Part shown: in pieces, positions 9,831-20,302 of the stretch
Numbering within the stretch: the stretch's first letter is position 1
How the letters are laid out: every line of letters begins with the position of its first letter
Source: a virus
Lineage: Duplodnaviria; Caudoviricetes
IMG/VR virus record: IMGVR_UViG_3300037295_000333
Span: 1-64,000 of that record
Reading direction: 5' to 3' (one strand)
Length of the DNA stretch: 64,000 nt
The notes under the pieces: generated by a model
What the model was told of the DNA's origin: nothing
The model's database searches: none
The model's input: only the letters and a program-made list of their open reading frames with translations
Position numbers and translations under genes: made by a program

Positions 9831-11546
9831 CTATTTTTTAATTTTATTTTCTAATCTTTTTGCAGCTAAACTTTTTTGTAATATTTTTTGCATCACCATT
9901 CTCATACCAGATTTTTGAGCCACAACGTCAATGCCCTTATTTACTGCCTCAGTGTTTGCTTCTTTGCTGGCTAACATTTCCCACATTTCTTTATCTATAG
10001 AATCATCGCTTAACATATACCTTATGGTACTTGGTTCACTTTGTCCCGATCTATCTAGTCTACCAATTGTTTGTTCTAAATCCGAAGGTCTCCACGGTAA
10101 TTCTAAAATTAACATATTTGAACAAACTTTTTGTAAACCATCAACTCCAGTTCCCGCACTTTGAATGTTTGCAAACAAAAAAACTTCATCATTATTTATC
10201 CATTCAGTAACAATGTCTTGTTTCTTTTTTGAACTTATACCTCCTGCAATTAATTTACTTTTAAATTTTTCTGATAAATAATCTAACTCTTCTCTATGAA
10301 TTCCAAAGACTAATAATTTTTTACTTCCAAGTTTCCAGTCTTTTAAAAATTGTTCTATCGCTTGTAATTTTCCAACAATAGATAATTTTCTAAGTACGCC
10401 CAATGCAACTAGACTTTCAGCTTCCATGGCTCTTTCTGCATCTTCATCGCCTTTAGTTTCTCTAAGGAATTCAATAAGATTTTCAGATGCATGATTTATA
10501 TCCTTAATGTTTGTAACTTTTGTTTTTAAAATTATTTTTGTTACATCAGGCAATTCACTCATTACTTCCCTTTTCTCTCGCCTTAAATAACAGTGCTCTC
10601 GAAGCTTATTGTTTAATTCAATAGTATTTGTTGCTCCACTATAAACAAGCCCAAATTTAGACTGATATGCGCCACAGTAGCGGGTTATAAATTGCTTCCA
10701 ATTGTCTGCAATTAGTTTTTCTTTTTTTATTATAACCAATAAATTCCATAATTCAGAAGGTTTTGACATTACTGCAGTTCCTGTTAATAGTTGAATTATT
10801 GCATCACTTTTTTTAGTCATAAGTTTTGCAGCCTTACTTCTTTGTGAAGATTCTTCTTTTAAAAAATGACCTTCGTCAAAAATAAACATTTTCCAATTAA
10901 TATCTAAAAGTTCTTTGAATTTTACAGTTGATCCTGTTCCAGCTTTTTTACCTAGTATGTCATAATTTATAACTACAACCTCTGCATCCCAATTATTTTT
11001 GTGCTTTGATGTTTCCTTAGACTCTATGATTGATACTGTTCTTTTTTCACTAATTATTTCTAACCATTTACTTTTCCAATCGTACTTTATGGAAGCAGGG
11101 ACGACAACCAAACACGGAAAAGATTTTGTAGACTCAGCATAAAGTATTGATTCCAATGATTTACCAATTCCAACGTCATCTCCATTTATAAAATTAACTT
11201 TGTTTAGTCCATAATATAAAGACTCAACTTGATAATTTCTAGGAGTATATTGAAAATTAAGATTTTTACAAATATCATTCATTTTACCTAAATGTAAATC
11301 TGATATAGAATAATCATATTTTTCATAAACTTTAACTTCTTCGACCTTATGAATGAAATTAAAATCTTTTACTAATTTTTTTATCTTTAAACTTGACCAG
11401 TCATCTACTGGAACTATCCAAAACTTTAACTCAGGATTCCAATGTGAATTAAAACTGCATTGCTTAATTCTAGTGATAATGTCTTTATCAAAATCAAATT
11501 CAAATCTAACTGTTTTGTTTCTTGAATCTATTATATAGTTTCTCAT
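9831..11546 (-). CDS. SNF2-family (SMARCAL1/HARP-like) helicase
   Basis: GDDVGIGKS, DEGH, LTGT, SAGTGVDGLQ and QTIGRLDRSGQ motifs. Confidence 0.88.
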   Translation of the reverse strand: MRNYIIDSRNKTVRFEFDFDKDIITRIKQCSFNSHWNPELKFWIVPVDDWSSLKIKKLVKDFNFIHKVEEVKVYEKYDYSISDLHLGKMNDICKNLNFQYTPRNYQVESLYYGLNKVNFINGDDVGIGKSLESILYAESTKSFPCLVVVPASIKYDWKSKWLEIISEKRTVSIIESKETSKHKNNWDAEVVVINYDILGKKAGTGSTVKFKELLDINWKMFIFDEGHFLKEESSQRSKAAKLMTKKSDAIIQLLTGTAVMSKPSELWNLLVIIKKEKLIADNWKQFITRYCGAYQSKFGLVYSGATNTIELNNKLREHCYLRREKREVMSELPDVTKIILKTKVTNIKDINHASENLIEFLRETKGDEDAERAMEAESLVALGVLRKLSIVGKLQAIEQFLKDWKLGSKKLLVFGIHREELDYLSEKFKSKLIAGGISSKKKQDIVTEWINNDEVFLFANIQSAGTGVDGLQKVCSNMLILELPWRPSDLEQTIGRLDRSGQSEPSTIRYMLSDDSIDKEMWEMLASKEANTEAVNKGIDVVAQKSGMRMVMQKILQKSLAAKRLENKIKK

Positions 11547-11621
11547 TAATTTTATTTAGTTTTTTATATATAAACAAAAAACTCTTTACTTTCATAAAGA
11601 GTTTTAAAAATTTTTTTTACC

Positions 11622-11867
11622 CTAACAAAGGAATTCATTTATTGCCTGAATTTCAGCAGTAGCAAAATATGCCTTGTTATTCATTTTTAATTTAAATCTT
11701 TTTTCTACTTCACTAAACAAAGCAATACTTTGCTGAGTAGACAGCTCATTAAAATCAAAATTAAATAATAGATTGTCTATTGCATCTAAGTTTGAATCCA
11801 TAAAAACTTTTTTAGGTGAAAATGTAGAACCTAATTTTTGAAACACTAATTTTACTAATTTTTTCAT
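11622..11867 (-). CDS. hypothetical protein
   Basis: ORF track. Confidence 0.55.
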   Translation of the reverse strand: MKKLVKLVFQKLGSTFSPKKVFMDSNLDAIDNLLFNFDFNELSTQQSIALFSEVEKRFKLKMNNKAYFATAEIQAINEFLC

Positions 11868-11870
11868 AAT

Positions 11871-12089
11871 TTATTTTTTTAAATTGTTTTTTACTTTATT
11901 CCAATTACCTCCATCTAAATAAAAACATCCTTTTTTTAAACAAAGTAGTCTATTGGGACTACCTTCTAATATAATTAAAAATGCACCATCTTCAACTAAT
12001 GATACTTCATACTGTCTCCCTGTTTTCAATATTCCATATTCAATTTTTTTATCAGTGTAAACAAAATCGCCTGCTTTTAAATTTTCCAT
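11871..12089 (-). CDS. hypothetical protein
   Basis: ORF track. Confidence 0.55.
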   Translation of the reverse strand: MENLKAGDFVYTDKKIEYGILKTGRQYEVSLVEDGAFLIILEGSPNRLLCLKKGCFYLDGGNWNKVKNNLKK

Positions 12090-12108
12090 AATTTTATTAA
12101 TTTATTTT

Positions 12109-12135
12109 GTGCAAAGTGGGGAGTCGAACCCCGTT
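12109..12135 (-). other. isolated tRNA T-arm-like element
   Basis: GGGG-TTCGACT-CCCC followed by ACTTTGCAC; no D arm or anticodon arm found. Confidence 0.45.
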
Positions 12136-12290
12136 AGCCCATATCTTTTCATTCGTTAAAATCTTATTGCCTCCACGGTTACGATATTGCTATTTACTCT
12201 AATCCATTCCATTTTAACTTACTCAAGGTTAAAGGAAATTTTTACTATTACATAATTAAAGTTTTTAGTTGTTTATAATTCTTAACACTG

Positions 12291-12298
12291 CAAAGATA
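12291..12298 (-). promoter_or_regulatory. Bacteroidota sigma70 -7 element
   Basis: Intergenic TATCTTTG. Confidence 0.65.
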
Positions 12299-12329
12299 TA
12301 AAACCTTTTTGATTACACAATACTTTTTT

Positions 12330-12914
12330 TTAATTATTTTTTAAAAATTGTTTGTATCCATAAATGCACAATAAAAAAGAATCTGTTTTGTTGTCATCAA
12401 TTTTTTTTGAACGTTCTGTTTTGCAAAAATTTATTTCGGGTCTTAATTTTTGAGAAAGTAATGCTGAAGTAGCTTTCGTGTCATGCACCATAGTTTTGCC
12501 AGTGGATGAAGGAACCATTATTTTATCAATTCCTTCATACATATAACTTTGCCACTTTTGAGGTCTTACAAGGGTTATTTCAGCTCCTAGCATAAGCAAT
12601 AACATCATTTGAAGCCCTGCTGTATGACCGAACGAAAAGTTGTTTTGAGCAGACCAACCTTGTCTACCATTTACCTCCTCTATGGTTGAATATAATTTAC
12701 ATCCCTTGTATTTTGAATTTATTTCAAAAACTAATTTTACTAAACCCTCAGGATTAAATTCTGTTTTTATTACAATTTTTCCTGTCTTAGATTTTTCTCC
12801 TGTTTCTACTTTATGTTCGGGCATTGGATAAAATGTGTACTCATCCGTTTCTGGTTCATATATTGTTATAAAACCAGATTTACCTGGATCAACTCCTATA
12901 AATATATTTTTCAT
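12330..12914 (-). CDS. RuvC-like Holliday junction resolvase
   Basis: IGVDPGKSG, IEEV, FSFG, PQKWQ and DNKTDSFLL motifs. Confidence 0.8.
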   Translation of the reverse strand: MKNIFIGVDPGKSGFITIYEPETDEYTFYPMPEHKVETGEKSKTGKIVIKTEFNPEGLVKLVFEINSKYKGCKLYSTIEEVNGRQGWSAQNNFSFGHTAGLQMMLLLMLGAEITLVRPQKWQSYMYEGIDKIMVPSSTGKTMVHDTKATSALLSQKLRPEINFCKTERSKKIDDNKTDSFLLCIYGYKQFLKNN

Positions 12915-13318
12915 TAATTTACTACTTCAAATTTTCCACCTACCAACTTTTCTAATTCTTTTTGTGTAATTTTTATTAATCTATTGTCAAACCTAACTTC
13001 TTTAGAATTTTCTCTATAGACATCACTATAAAAATTCCATTTAAGGTTTTCAAAATCAGTGCCTTTTAATAAGTCCTTAATGGTTTGTTTTTTTTCTTTA
13101 AAAGAAATAATTTCCGCATATCCTAAATTTTCATCCCATAGGTTTGATTCTATAATAGGATTATAATTATCTATCCAATATTCATCATCACAAAAATGAA
13201 TATCTTTACTAATTTCTATAGAAATATCAATAACTTTTTTTGTAAATGCACACCTTACTTCTTTTGCATTTTTAAAATGCTCTTTTACTTCTTCTAATGT
13301 TGGAAATTCTTTTTTCAT
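12914..13318 (-). CDS. PTLEEVKE-family hypothetical protein
   Basis: Paralog of 15478..15948 and 15967..16389. Confidence 0.7.
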   Translation of the reverse strand: MKKEFPTLEEVKEHFKNAKEVRCAFTKKVIDISIEISKDIHFCDDEYWIDNYNPIIESNLWDENLGYAEIISFKEKKQTIKDLLKGTDFENLKWNFYSDVYRENSKEVRFDNRLIKITQKELEKLVGGKFEVVN

Positions 13319-13328
13319 AATTTTTTAT

Positions 13329-15476
13329 TTATTTAATTTTACTAATTCCTTTTTCCTTTACAATTGTTAAAACATTTTCAGTTTCCTCAACTGCCACATG
13401 AGTAATTATCATTACGGGCATTGAAAGTAATTTTGCTGACTCAATTAGACTAACTATTCCTGCACCGTCAACGCCTTCAAAAACTTCATCTACGGCTAGA
13501 AAGTCTAAACCTCCATAAGGGTTAGTTTCATTTATCATATGGCGATTTGCTAATATTGAAGCAAAAAGTAAACGTCCCCTTTCTCCTCCACTAAATGATG
13601 AAAAAGTTCTTTCAATGTTTCTAATAATTACAACATTAATTTCCTCTTTTGTGGTTCCGTTTGCCAGCATCTTAAAGCCTTCCATTTTAATGGTTAAATC
13701 ACTTCCCATTTCGTCTAAATATCTATTACAATGATACTCAATTACCCCTAATGATTGGTTGGCTAAAAACATCTTAAATTGCTTGAAATTTTGAATCCAT
13801 TGATTTTTTAAATAGATTTCATCACCTATTTTGTTAAATTTTTTTTCTGCTTCAATTAGTTCAATTTCTTTAATTTTTAAATCAGATTTTAAATCACTAA
13901 TTTGTTTTAAATTGTTTCCCAATTCTAATGAATCAATATCAACTTTTAATAATTCAATTTTATTATTCTTGTTTTGGATTTCCTTTGTTACTGATTCAAT
14001 TTCTAAATCAACATTTGAAAGCTTTACTTTTAATTGACTTAATTTAAATTCCCTGTCTACTTCTTGACTTTGGTTTACTCTAATTTCTTGCTCAAAACCT
14101 TTCATTTTTGCATCTTCAAAATTTAGTTTTTTTACTACAATTTGAAGTGCAGAGTTTAACTCTTGCTTTAACCCTATTTCTATTCCCTCTTTTTGATTTA
14201 TATCTGATAAATCAGACTCAATGCTTAATATCTTATCCTTTAAATCAGATATTTTAATTTCATTTAAATCAAAATTAGTCTTTACAACTTCTCTTAATTC
14301 ACTAACTTTTACCTTTTTCTCATTAAGTGCGTCAATGTCATCATCTAGTATAAAGTCGTGACTACATTTTGGACATGTAATTTTTCCGCTTAAACTTATG
14401 TCAACTTTATGAAGAATCTCAATTATTTTCTTTTCTTGACTTTCAAAGCCTTGTTTTGATTCATTTAAAGGCTTTAAATTGTTTTTACAATCTAATACAT
14501 CATCTTGAAAAGTTTTTCGCTCTAAGACCCAATTTTTAGCCTTAAAGTCATCAACAAGACTTTGAGCTTCATCTAATTCTAAACCAACTTTTTTAATATT
14601 AGGAAGCAAGTCACTTTTATTACTTTCAATTATACAAAATTTTGCAGCTAAAATTGATTTTTGTTCTTCATTTTCTTTTATTTCAATTTCAATACTAGGC
14701 GTTTTTAATCTAATTTTTTCAACAGATAAATGTAAAGCATCAATTTGATAGTTTACATTTTCAATTTCAGCTTTTAGCTTTTGTTTTTCAAATTCACTTT
14801 CCTCAGTAAAGTTTCGAGATTGTTCCTTTAAAATACTTGTTTTTAAAAAGTCAATTGTCCCCTTTGTTCCATCTACTAAAGATGAAGCAGCTTTATGTTC
14901 AGCATTAATTTTTGTTAAATCAATTTGTTCAATCCCATCAATAATGCTTGCATCTGAAAATCGATTAATTAGGGCAACTTTGTCTGTATTTGAGGACTTA
15001 AAAAAAGATTTGAATTGAGTATTATTAACTACATAATAATTAAATAAATCTTCTCGACTAATTGCAAACCAATCCATAATAGCCTTCTTTCCATCGGCAA
15101 CATTTGAAAAACTAACATCTACCCAATGATCTGAATCATACTCTTTTGTTTTTAAACGCAATACGTTTGAACCAGTAATTTTTATTTCCCAATCAATATG
15201 TAAAGATTGTTTCCTAATATTACAACTGGCATATAGTTGACATCTAGCCTGTTTTTTACCGTATGTAATAATTTCACTATCCCTTACCCCCCTACTATTT
15301 GAAGCCGTAATACACTGCTCAATTCCAGTTTGTAGTCCTGATTTACCTGTTCCATTAGTTACTTGACCGTCATCAGTTAAATTAAGCCCTTGAATTAACA
15401 AAGGCTTATTTTCAAAAGTGTAATCAAGAAATTCGTATGTAAGAAAGTCGTTTAAAATTAGTCTATCTAAAGTCAT
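13329..15476 (-). CDS. SbcC/Rad50-like ATPase
   Basis: Walker A NGTGKSG, coiled coil with CPKC hook, signature FSGGE, Walker B AVDEVFEGVD, H-loop ITH. Confidence 0.92.
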   Translation of the reverse strand: MTLDRLILNDFLTYEFLDYTFENKPLLIQGLNLTDDGQVTNGTGKSGLQTGIEQCITASNSRGVRDSEIITYGKKQARCQLYASCNIRKQSLHIDWEIKITGSNVLRLKTKEYDSDHWVDVSFSNVADGKKAIMDWFAISREDLFNYYVVNNTQFKSFFKSSNTDKVALINRFSDASIIDGIEQIDLTKINAEHKAASSLVDGTKGTIDFLKTSILKEQSRNFTEESEFEKQKLKAEIENVNYQIDALHLSVEKIRLKTPSIEIEIKENEEQKSILAAKFCIIESNKSDLLPNIKKVGLELDEAQSLVDDFKAKNWVLERKTFQDDVLDCKNNLKPLNESKQGFESQEKKIIEILHKVDISLSGKITCPKCSHDFILDDDIDALNEKKVKVSELREVVKTNFDLNEIKISDLKDKILSIESDLSDINQKEGIEIGLKQELNSALQIVVKKLNFEDAKMKGFEQEIRVNQSQEVDREFKLSQLKVKLSNVDLEIESVTKEIQNKNNKIELLKVDIDSLELGNNLKQISDLKSDLKIKEIELIEAEKKFNKIGDEIYLKNQWIQNFKQFKMFLANQSLGVIEYHCNRYLDEMGSDLTIKMEGFKMLANGTTKEEINVVIIRNIERTFSSFSGGERGRLLFASILANRHMINETNPYGGLDFLAVDEVFEGVDGAGIVSLIESAKLLSMPVMIITHVAVEETENVLTIVKEKGISKIK

Positions 15477-15477
15477 T

Positions 15478-15948
15478 TTATTTTTGTTTTAGTTCTTCAA
15501 TTTTAATATTGTTTTCTAACATTAATATTTTAATAGATTTAATTGCCTCTATTTTTTTAAGGTCAATTTTTCTAGCATGTCTCCATTTACAAAAGTACCC
15601 CTCTTCATTCTCAACGACAATATTACCATCTTTAGAATATCCTATAAACAAACCTTTTTCATTGTAATATATACCATCACTAACTTCAATCTCTTCTAAA
15701 TGTTCAAACTTTGGTTTAATTTCTTTAAAAGAAATAATTTCTGCAAACCCTAAATCTTTATCCCATAGATTTAAACACTTTCCTGGAAATGAGTTTATAT
15801 CTATCCAATACTCCTCAAAATCCAAATAAATATCTTTAACGATATGTACAGAAATATCACATACTATTTCAGAGTAAACGCATTTTACTTCTTTTGCATT
15901 TTTAAAATACTCTTTTACTTCTTCTAATGTTGGAGTCTCTTTTTTCAT
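15478..15948 (-). CDS. PTLEEVKE-family hypothetical protein
   Basis: N-terminal ~75 aa are closely similar to 12914..13318. Confidence 0.7.
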   Translation of the reverse strand: MKKETPTLEEVKEYFKNAKEVKCVYSEIVCDISVHIVKDIYLDFEEYWIDINSFPGKCLNLWDKDLGFAEIISFKEIKPKFEHLEEIEVSDGIYYNEKGLFIGYSKDGNIVVENEEGYFCKWRHARKIDLKKIEAIKSIKILMLENNIKIEELKQK

Positions 15949-15966
15949 AATTTTTTGTTTTTAAAT

Positions 15967-16389
15967 TTATTTTTCTTGTCCTATTAAAAATGATATATTA
16001 TTAGTTACATTTTCATTTAAAATTGATATACATTCCCCTTTTTTATTCATAACCATTAAAGTTTTTCCCTTAATGTTATACAAGTAATCTGTAAGTCCTT
16101 TATTATCTCTCAAGCTATAGCCCCTTATAAGTAATTTACCTTCAAAAATTACATCAAAATAATTTAAAAGTCTTTTAGGCTTTTTATCATTATTCATTTC
16201 AATAATTTCTGAAAAATTACCGTTTATATATGCTGCATAAGAAATTCCTTTTACATCAAAGTAATAACTATCTTCTATCCATACACCCTCTCTAGGAACA
16301 ATATTTTTTATATTAACTACTTGACCATATGGATAAGTTTTAATATTTTCTGCATCCTTAAAATGCTCAATAACATCTTTTAAATTCAT
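15967..16389 (-). CDS. divergent PTLEEVKE-family hypothetical protein
   Basis: LKDVIEHFKDAENIK...FSEIIE pattern. Confidence 0.6.
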   Translation of the reverse strand: MNLKDVIEHFKDAENIKTYPYGQVVNIKNIVPREGVWIEDSYYFDVKGISYAAYINGNFSEIIEMNNDKKPKRLLNYFDVIFEGKLLIRGYSLRDNKGLTDYLYNIKGKTLMVMNKKGECISILNENVTNNISFLIGQEK

Positions 16390-16471
16390 ATTTTATTTTT
16401 TAATTATTTATAATAGCAAATGTAATAATATTATTTTAATAAACAAGTTTTTATTCATAAATTTTAAAAAC

Positions 16472-16500
16472 AAAAAGTCCCAATCTATTTGATGGGACTT
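16472..16500 (-). terminator. intrinsic terminator after recA
   Basis: GTCCCA/TGGGAC stem plus T tract. Confidence 0.8.
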
Positions 16501-16507
16501 AGTTTAA

Positions 16508-17509
16508 TTATTTATTTTTTAAAGTTGATCTTAACTCCTCATATAGTTCTGGATTGTCATCTAAAACTACCCTTAATTTCTTTATACCTTGAGCAATATT
16601 GCTACCTTTATATTTAAACCAAGCACCTGCCTTTTCAAGAATTTCTTCAAAAACAAGTGATTCAATAAGTCCAGGAAAATCATCAACTCCTATACCGTAT
16701 GTAATGTTATTTTCAATTACCTTAAAAGGTGGTGCAACTTTATTTTTTACTGAAGTAATTTGTTGTTTAAATCCAATTACATCTTCCCCTTCCTTTATTT
16801 GACCTTTATTTTTTACTTCAAGTCTTTGGGAAGCATAGAACTTTAAAGCCATTCCTCCTGAAGTAGTTTCTGCTGGACCGTACATGGCAATAGTTTTTCT
16901 AAGTTGATTTATAAAAATTATTGTGCATCCTACCGTAGAAGCTGGACCTGCAATTAACTTCATACCTTGAGACATCATTCTTGCTTGTAACGCCATTTTT
17001 ACCTCCCCCGATTCCCCTTCTAATTCTGCTTTTGGAACTAATGCAGAAACGGAATCAACGACAATTAAATCAACTTCTGCTGTATTAATTAATGCTCTAA
17101 TTGTTTCAAATGCCTGTTCTCCGTATGATGGTTGAGATATAAGCAAATCATCTACGTTTACCCCAATAGAGGTGCAATATTCAGTATTTAAAGCGTGTTC
17201 TGCATCTATAATGGCAGCTAATCCGCCTGCCTTCTGTATTTCTCTAATTGCCTCTAATGCAAGACCTGTTTTCCCTGCTCCTGATTGAGCAAAAATTTCA
17301 ATTATTTTTCCCACTGCATAACCTCCACCCAATGCAATATCTAAATCAGCTCTTCCAGTTGAAAATGTATCAATTCCCGTATTAGCATCAGACATTCTCA
17401 TTACAACAGGCTCTCCAAATCTTTTGGCTAGTGCTGCAATTGCAGCATCAATTGCTTTTGAATTTTTCTTTTGCGGTTCTTCTTTTTTTACTACTTTTTC
17501 TTTAGACAT
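16508..17509 (-). CDS. recA: RecA recombinase
   Basis: FAQSGAGKT, IDAEHAL, VVDSVSALVP, QARMMSQ, IFINQLR, GGMALKFYAS and KNKVAPPF. Confidence 0.97.
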   Translation of the reverse strand: MSKEKVVKKEEPQKKNSKAIDAAIAALAKRFGEPVVMRMSDANTGIDTFSTGRADLDIALGGGYAVGKIIEIFAQSGAGKTGLALEAIREIQKAGGLAAIIDAEHALNTEYCTSIGVNVDDLLISQPSYGEQAFETIRALINTAEVDLIVVDSVSALVPKAELEGESGEVKMALQARMMSQGMKLIAGPASTVGCTIIFINQLRKTIAMYGPAETTSGGMALKFYASQRLEVKNKGQIKEGEDVIGFKQQITSVKNKVAPPFKVIENNITYGIGVDDFPGLIESLVFEEILEKAGAWFKYKGSNIAQGIKKLRVVLDDNPELYEELRSTLKNK

Positions 17510-17514
17510 ATAGT

Positions 17515-18240
17515 TTACTTTTTGTTTATTCTCTCCTCAGCTATTTTAAAATAATTGTCATCCATTTCGATACCAATAAAGTTACGGTTAGTATTGACAC
17601 AAGCCACTCCAGTTGATCCGCTTCCCATGCAATTATCTAAAACGGTTTCATTTTTGTTTGTGTAGGTTTTGATTAAATACTCCATTAGTTCAACAGGTTT
17701 TTGCGTGGGGTGTAATTTTGACTTTTGCTTGTTACTGGAAAATTTTAATACGCTTCTAGGGTATCTTTCAGTAGAGTCATAAGTAGTTAATTTTTGCCCT
17801 TTATTGTAAACCTCACTTTCAGAGCAATTAACTTTATGTTCAGCTTTACTGACTTTTCTTTTATGTCCCTCCGTTTTTTGATAATTATAAATAGGATTTT
17901 TTTTGTAAAAAACCAAAACATTTTTATGCGCCTTCATAGGCATTTTTTTTGCATTTAAATGTCCAGTTGCACTTGATTTTTCCCAAATCCATTCATATCT
18001 TAATAATTTTAAGTTTGAAGCTCCTAAAACCTTATCAAACGGAGTTTGAGCTGTCAATAAAATTGCTCCATTGGGCTTTATAATTCTCTCATATTGTAAC
18101 CACATTAATTTTAAGTCTATAATGCAATCCCACTTACATTTAGTTGTACCATAAGGTAAATCACAAAGAATCATATCTACGCTACCATCTGGTATGTTTT
18201 TCATTAGTTCTAGGCAGTCGCCATGCATTAAATTTATCAT
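17515..18240 (-). CDS. N6-A/N4-C DNA methyltransferase (beta class)
   Basis: DLPY catalytic motif, HPTQKP, C-terminal DNCMGSGSTG. Confidence 0.92.
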   Translation of the reverse strand: MINLMHGDCLELMKNIPDGSVDMILCDLPYGTTKCKWDCIIDLKLMWLQYERIIKPNGAILLTAQTPFDKVLGASNLKLLRYEWIWEKSSATGHLNAKKMPMKAHKNVLVFYKKNPIYNYQKTEGHKRKVSKAEHKVNCSESEVYNKGQKLTTYDSTERYPRSVLKFSSNKQKSKLHPTQKPVELMEYLIKTYTNKNETVLDNCMGSGSTGVACVNTNRNFIGIEMDDNYFKIAEERINKK

Positions 18241-18245
18241 ATTAA

Positions 18246-19271
18246 TTACTTTTTATTTAAAAATTCATCTAATATTTCATAACCTACTTTATGGTCAAGT
18301 TTTTTTTCTTCACAAAAAGTTTTGAAGGCATTTACAACTGTTCCCAAATCAAACTTTTTAATTAATTTAGGTGACTCTTTTTTTTTGTCACTTGCATATA
18401 CTTTTGTGTAATTCAATTTTACATCAATACCGCTTCCTTCAAAAATACTTTTATCCAAAGACTTTAATTTTGCCTCGCTTCCTACAAACTCAAATCTAAC
18501 CGCATCTTGACTTTGTTTATTGCTCTCTATGAGCTTAACTATTTCTTTAGCGGTAAGTTTGTCAATATCTAAAGTTATCTTCTTAAACTCTCTAAAAACG
18601 CCTTGTATGTGCGTATGAGTTAAGTCATTATAAATCAAAGAAAATCCTTTTACATTATCTTCTCCAAAATCCTGTTGTCTAAAAGAAGCTAAATGAATAA
18701 TATCTTTTGTTATCTTGTGCGTATTATGATAGTGACCCAAGTAAGTCTTTTTCCATTTATTTAATGTCCTTCGGGTTATATTTCCTTTCTCGCTAACTTT
18801 TCCCAAATGACTCGACCCTTTCATTTCAAAGTGACTAATCAACATATCTGAATCTTTAGTTTCTTCTAGCATTGGAACTAGAATAGAGTCGTCAAAAAAT
18901 GGAATTAAAGTAACTGATTTTCCCTCTATATTAATTAAAGTAGGTTTAGTGTACAGTTCAAAATTAGGATGAAATCTATAAATGTCTAAGAAAGAAGTAA
19001 AACTAAAATAATCTGTTTTGTCGTGATTACCTGGTATTGCAATTAGTCTAATTCCAGCACCATTTATAATAGAAAAAATTTCATCACACGCATTTAGTAC
19101 ACTCTCTTTTTGATTGCTCCTTGAGTGAAACAAATCACCTGCAAAAACAATAGTTTTAATACTGTTTTCATTTGCATAATTTACCATATGGCGAGTGGAG
19201 ATAAGAGTTTCCTCTTCATTTCCTGATTTTAAGTGAACGTCATTAAAAATTATAAATAATGGTTTTTTCAT
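18246..19271 (-). CDS. SbcD/Mre11-like nuclease
   Basis: NDVH, GDLFH, GNHD, SHF and GHYH motifs. Confidence 0.9.
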   Translation of the reverse strand: MKKPLFIIFNDVHLKSGNEEETLISTRHMVNYANENSIKTIVFAGDLFHSRSNQKESVLNACDEIFSIINGAGIRLIAIPGNHDKTDYFSFTSFLDIYRFHPNFELYTKPTLINIEGKSVTLIPFFDDSILVPMLEETKDSDMLISHFEMKGSSHLGKVSEKGNITRRTLNKWKKTYLGHYHNTHKITKDIIHLASFRQQDFGEDNVKGFSLIYNDLTHTHIQGVFREFKKITLDIDKLTAKEIVKLIESNKQSQDAVRFEFVGSEAKLKSLDKSIFEGSGIDVKLNYTKVYASDKKKESPKLIKKFDLGTVVNAFKTFCEEKKLDHKVGYEILDEFLNKK

Positions 19272-19320
19272 GTTATTGTTTCTTTACTGCATTTCTAGAT
19301 ATTCTCATAGCTTTTTATAT

Positions 19321-19349
19321 AAAAACCCACCCGTAATGGATGGGTTAAA
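19321..19349 (-). terminator. intrinsic terminator
   Basis: AACCCATCC/GGGTGGGTT stem plus T tract. Confidence 0.8.
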
Positions 19350-19372
19350 TTAATTAATATTAAAATTGTTTT

Positions 19373-20302
19373 TTAGTTTCCCATTAAGGCATCAAGTTGA
19401 CTATCAATGTCAGTTTTTTCAACCTCTGCATTTGCAGAACCAAATGGAAGCTCTTCTTCATTTTGACTTAAATTATACCAAGTAACTAAATCTTCTTTAC
19501 TTAAATCAGGTAAACTTTTACCTTCATAATTTTCAGAAATATAGTTTTTTAACTCTCTTTTCATCTTTAATGGAGTTGCCCCTAAAACTTCTTTAAACTC
19601 TTCTTTTTCAATTACTTTTGCCTTTACTGGCTTTTCTATTGACTCACTAAAATCAGCATCTTCATCTTCATCAGATTGTACAATCTCTTCTTTTTCCTTA
19701 ACCTTTGCAACCTCTTTTTTTGGTAATTCACTTAATGGTTTAAATTTTGGAATTACACTTTCTTCAATTTCTGCTACATACCACTCAGTCAAATCTTCAA
19801 AGTATCTTTTTACTTTCTTTTTATCTCCTGATTTAAACAGCCCCTCTGCAGCTTGTGGCGCATCATCATTTCTCAAATCAATTTTTTGACCATCTTGTTT
19901 AAATGAAATTCCTTGAGCTCGCTTTTTATCTGTACCAATAAAGTCATATGGCTTTATGTAAACTGGTTTTGATAAATCGGCTTTTAACATCATTTTCATA
20001 ATGTCTTGACTATTTCTATTGTTTGTAGAAATAGATAGGATATATCTATCTCCTGAAGCATCAACGGTAACATTAATATTCTCACCGTATTGTTCATGCG
20101 TTCTAAATTGTGCCCCTACAATAGTACCTGTAAGGTCACTGTATCTTGCACCTTGCCTTTGATCTTCTTCTCCGTTTGCTCTTACAAATTTTTGTGTTGC
20201 AAAATTAACGTCTGATTCATCCGCTTTTCTATCCCAAATGTAACCACCTGCAATTGATAAAAATGTTGCTCCACCTTCTTGTACTGTACCTAATCCACTC
20301 AT
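19373..20302 (-). CDS. putative single-stranded DNA-binding protein
   Basis: Beta-rich aromatic N-terminal domain, acidic C-terminal region, located in the recombination cluster. Assignment is by inference. Confidence 0.4.
   Translation of the reverse strand: MSGLGTVQEGGATFLSIAGGYIWDRKADESDVNFATQKFVRANGEEDQRQGARYSDLTGTIVGAQFRTHEQYGENINVTVDASGDRYILSISTNNRNSQDIMKMMLKADLSKPVYIKPYDFIGTDKKRAQGISFKQDGQKIDLRNDDAPQAAEGLFKSGDKKKVKRYFEDLTEWYVAEIEESVIPKFKPLSELPKKEVAKVKEKEEIVQSDEDEDADFSESIEKPVKAKVIEKEEFKEVLGATPLKMKRELKNYISENYEGKSLPDLSKEDLVTWYNLSQNEEELPFGSANAEVEKTDIDSQLDALMGN

Noticed and set aside
12150-12260. tmRNA or full tRNA upstream of the T arm at 12109-12135
   Set aside because: No 5' acceptor strand complementary to ACTTTGC and no Ala G:U signature were found.
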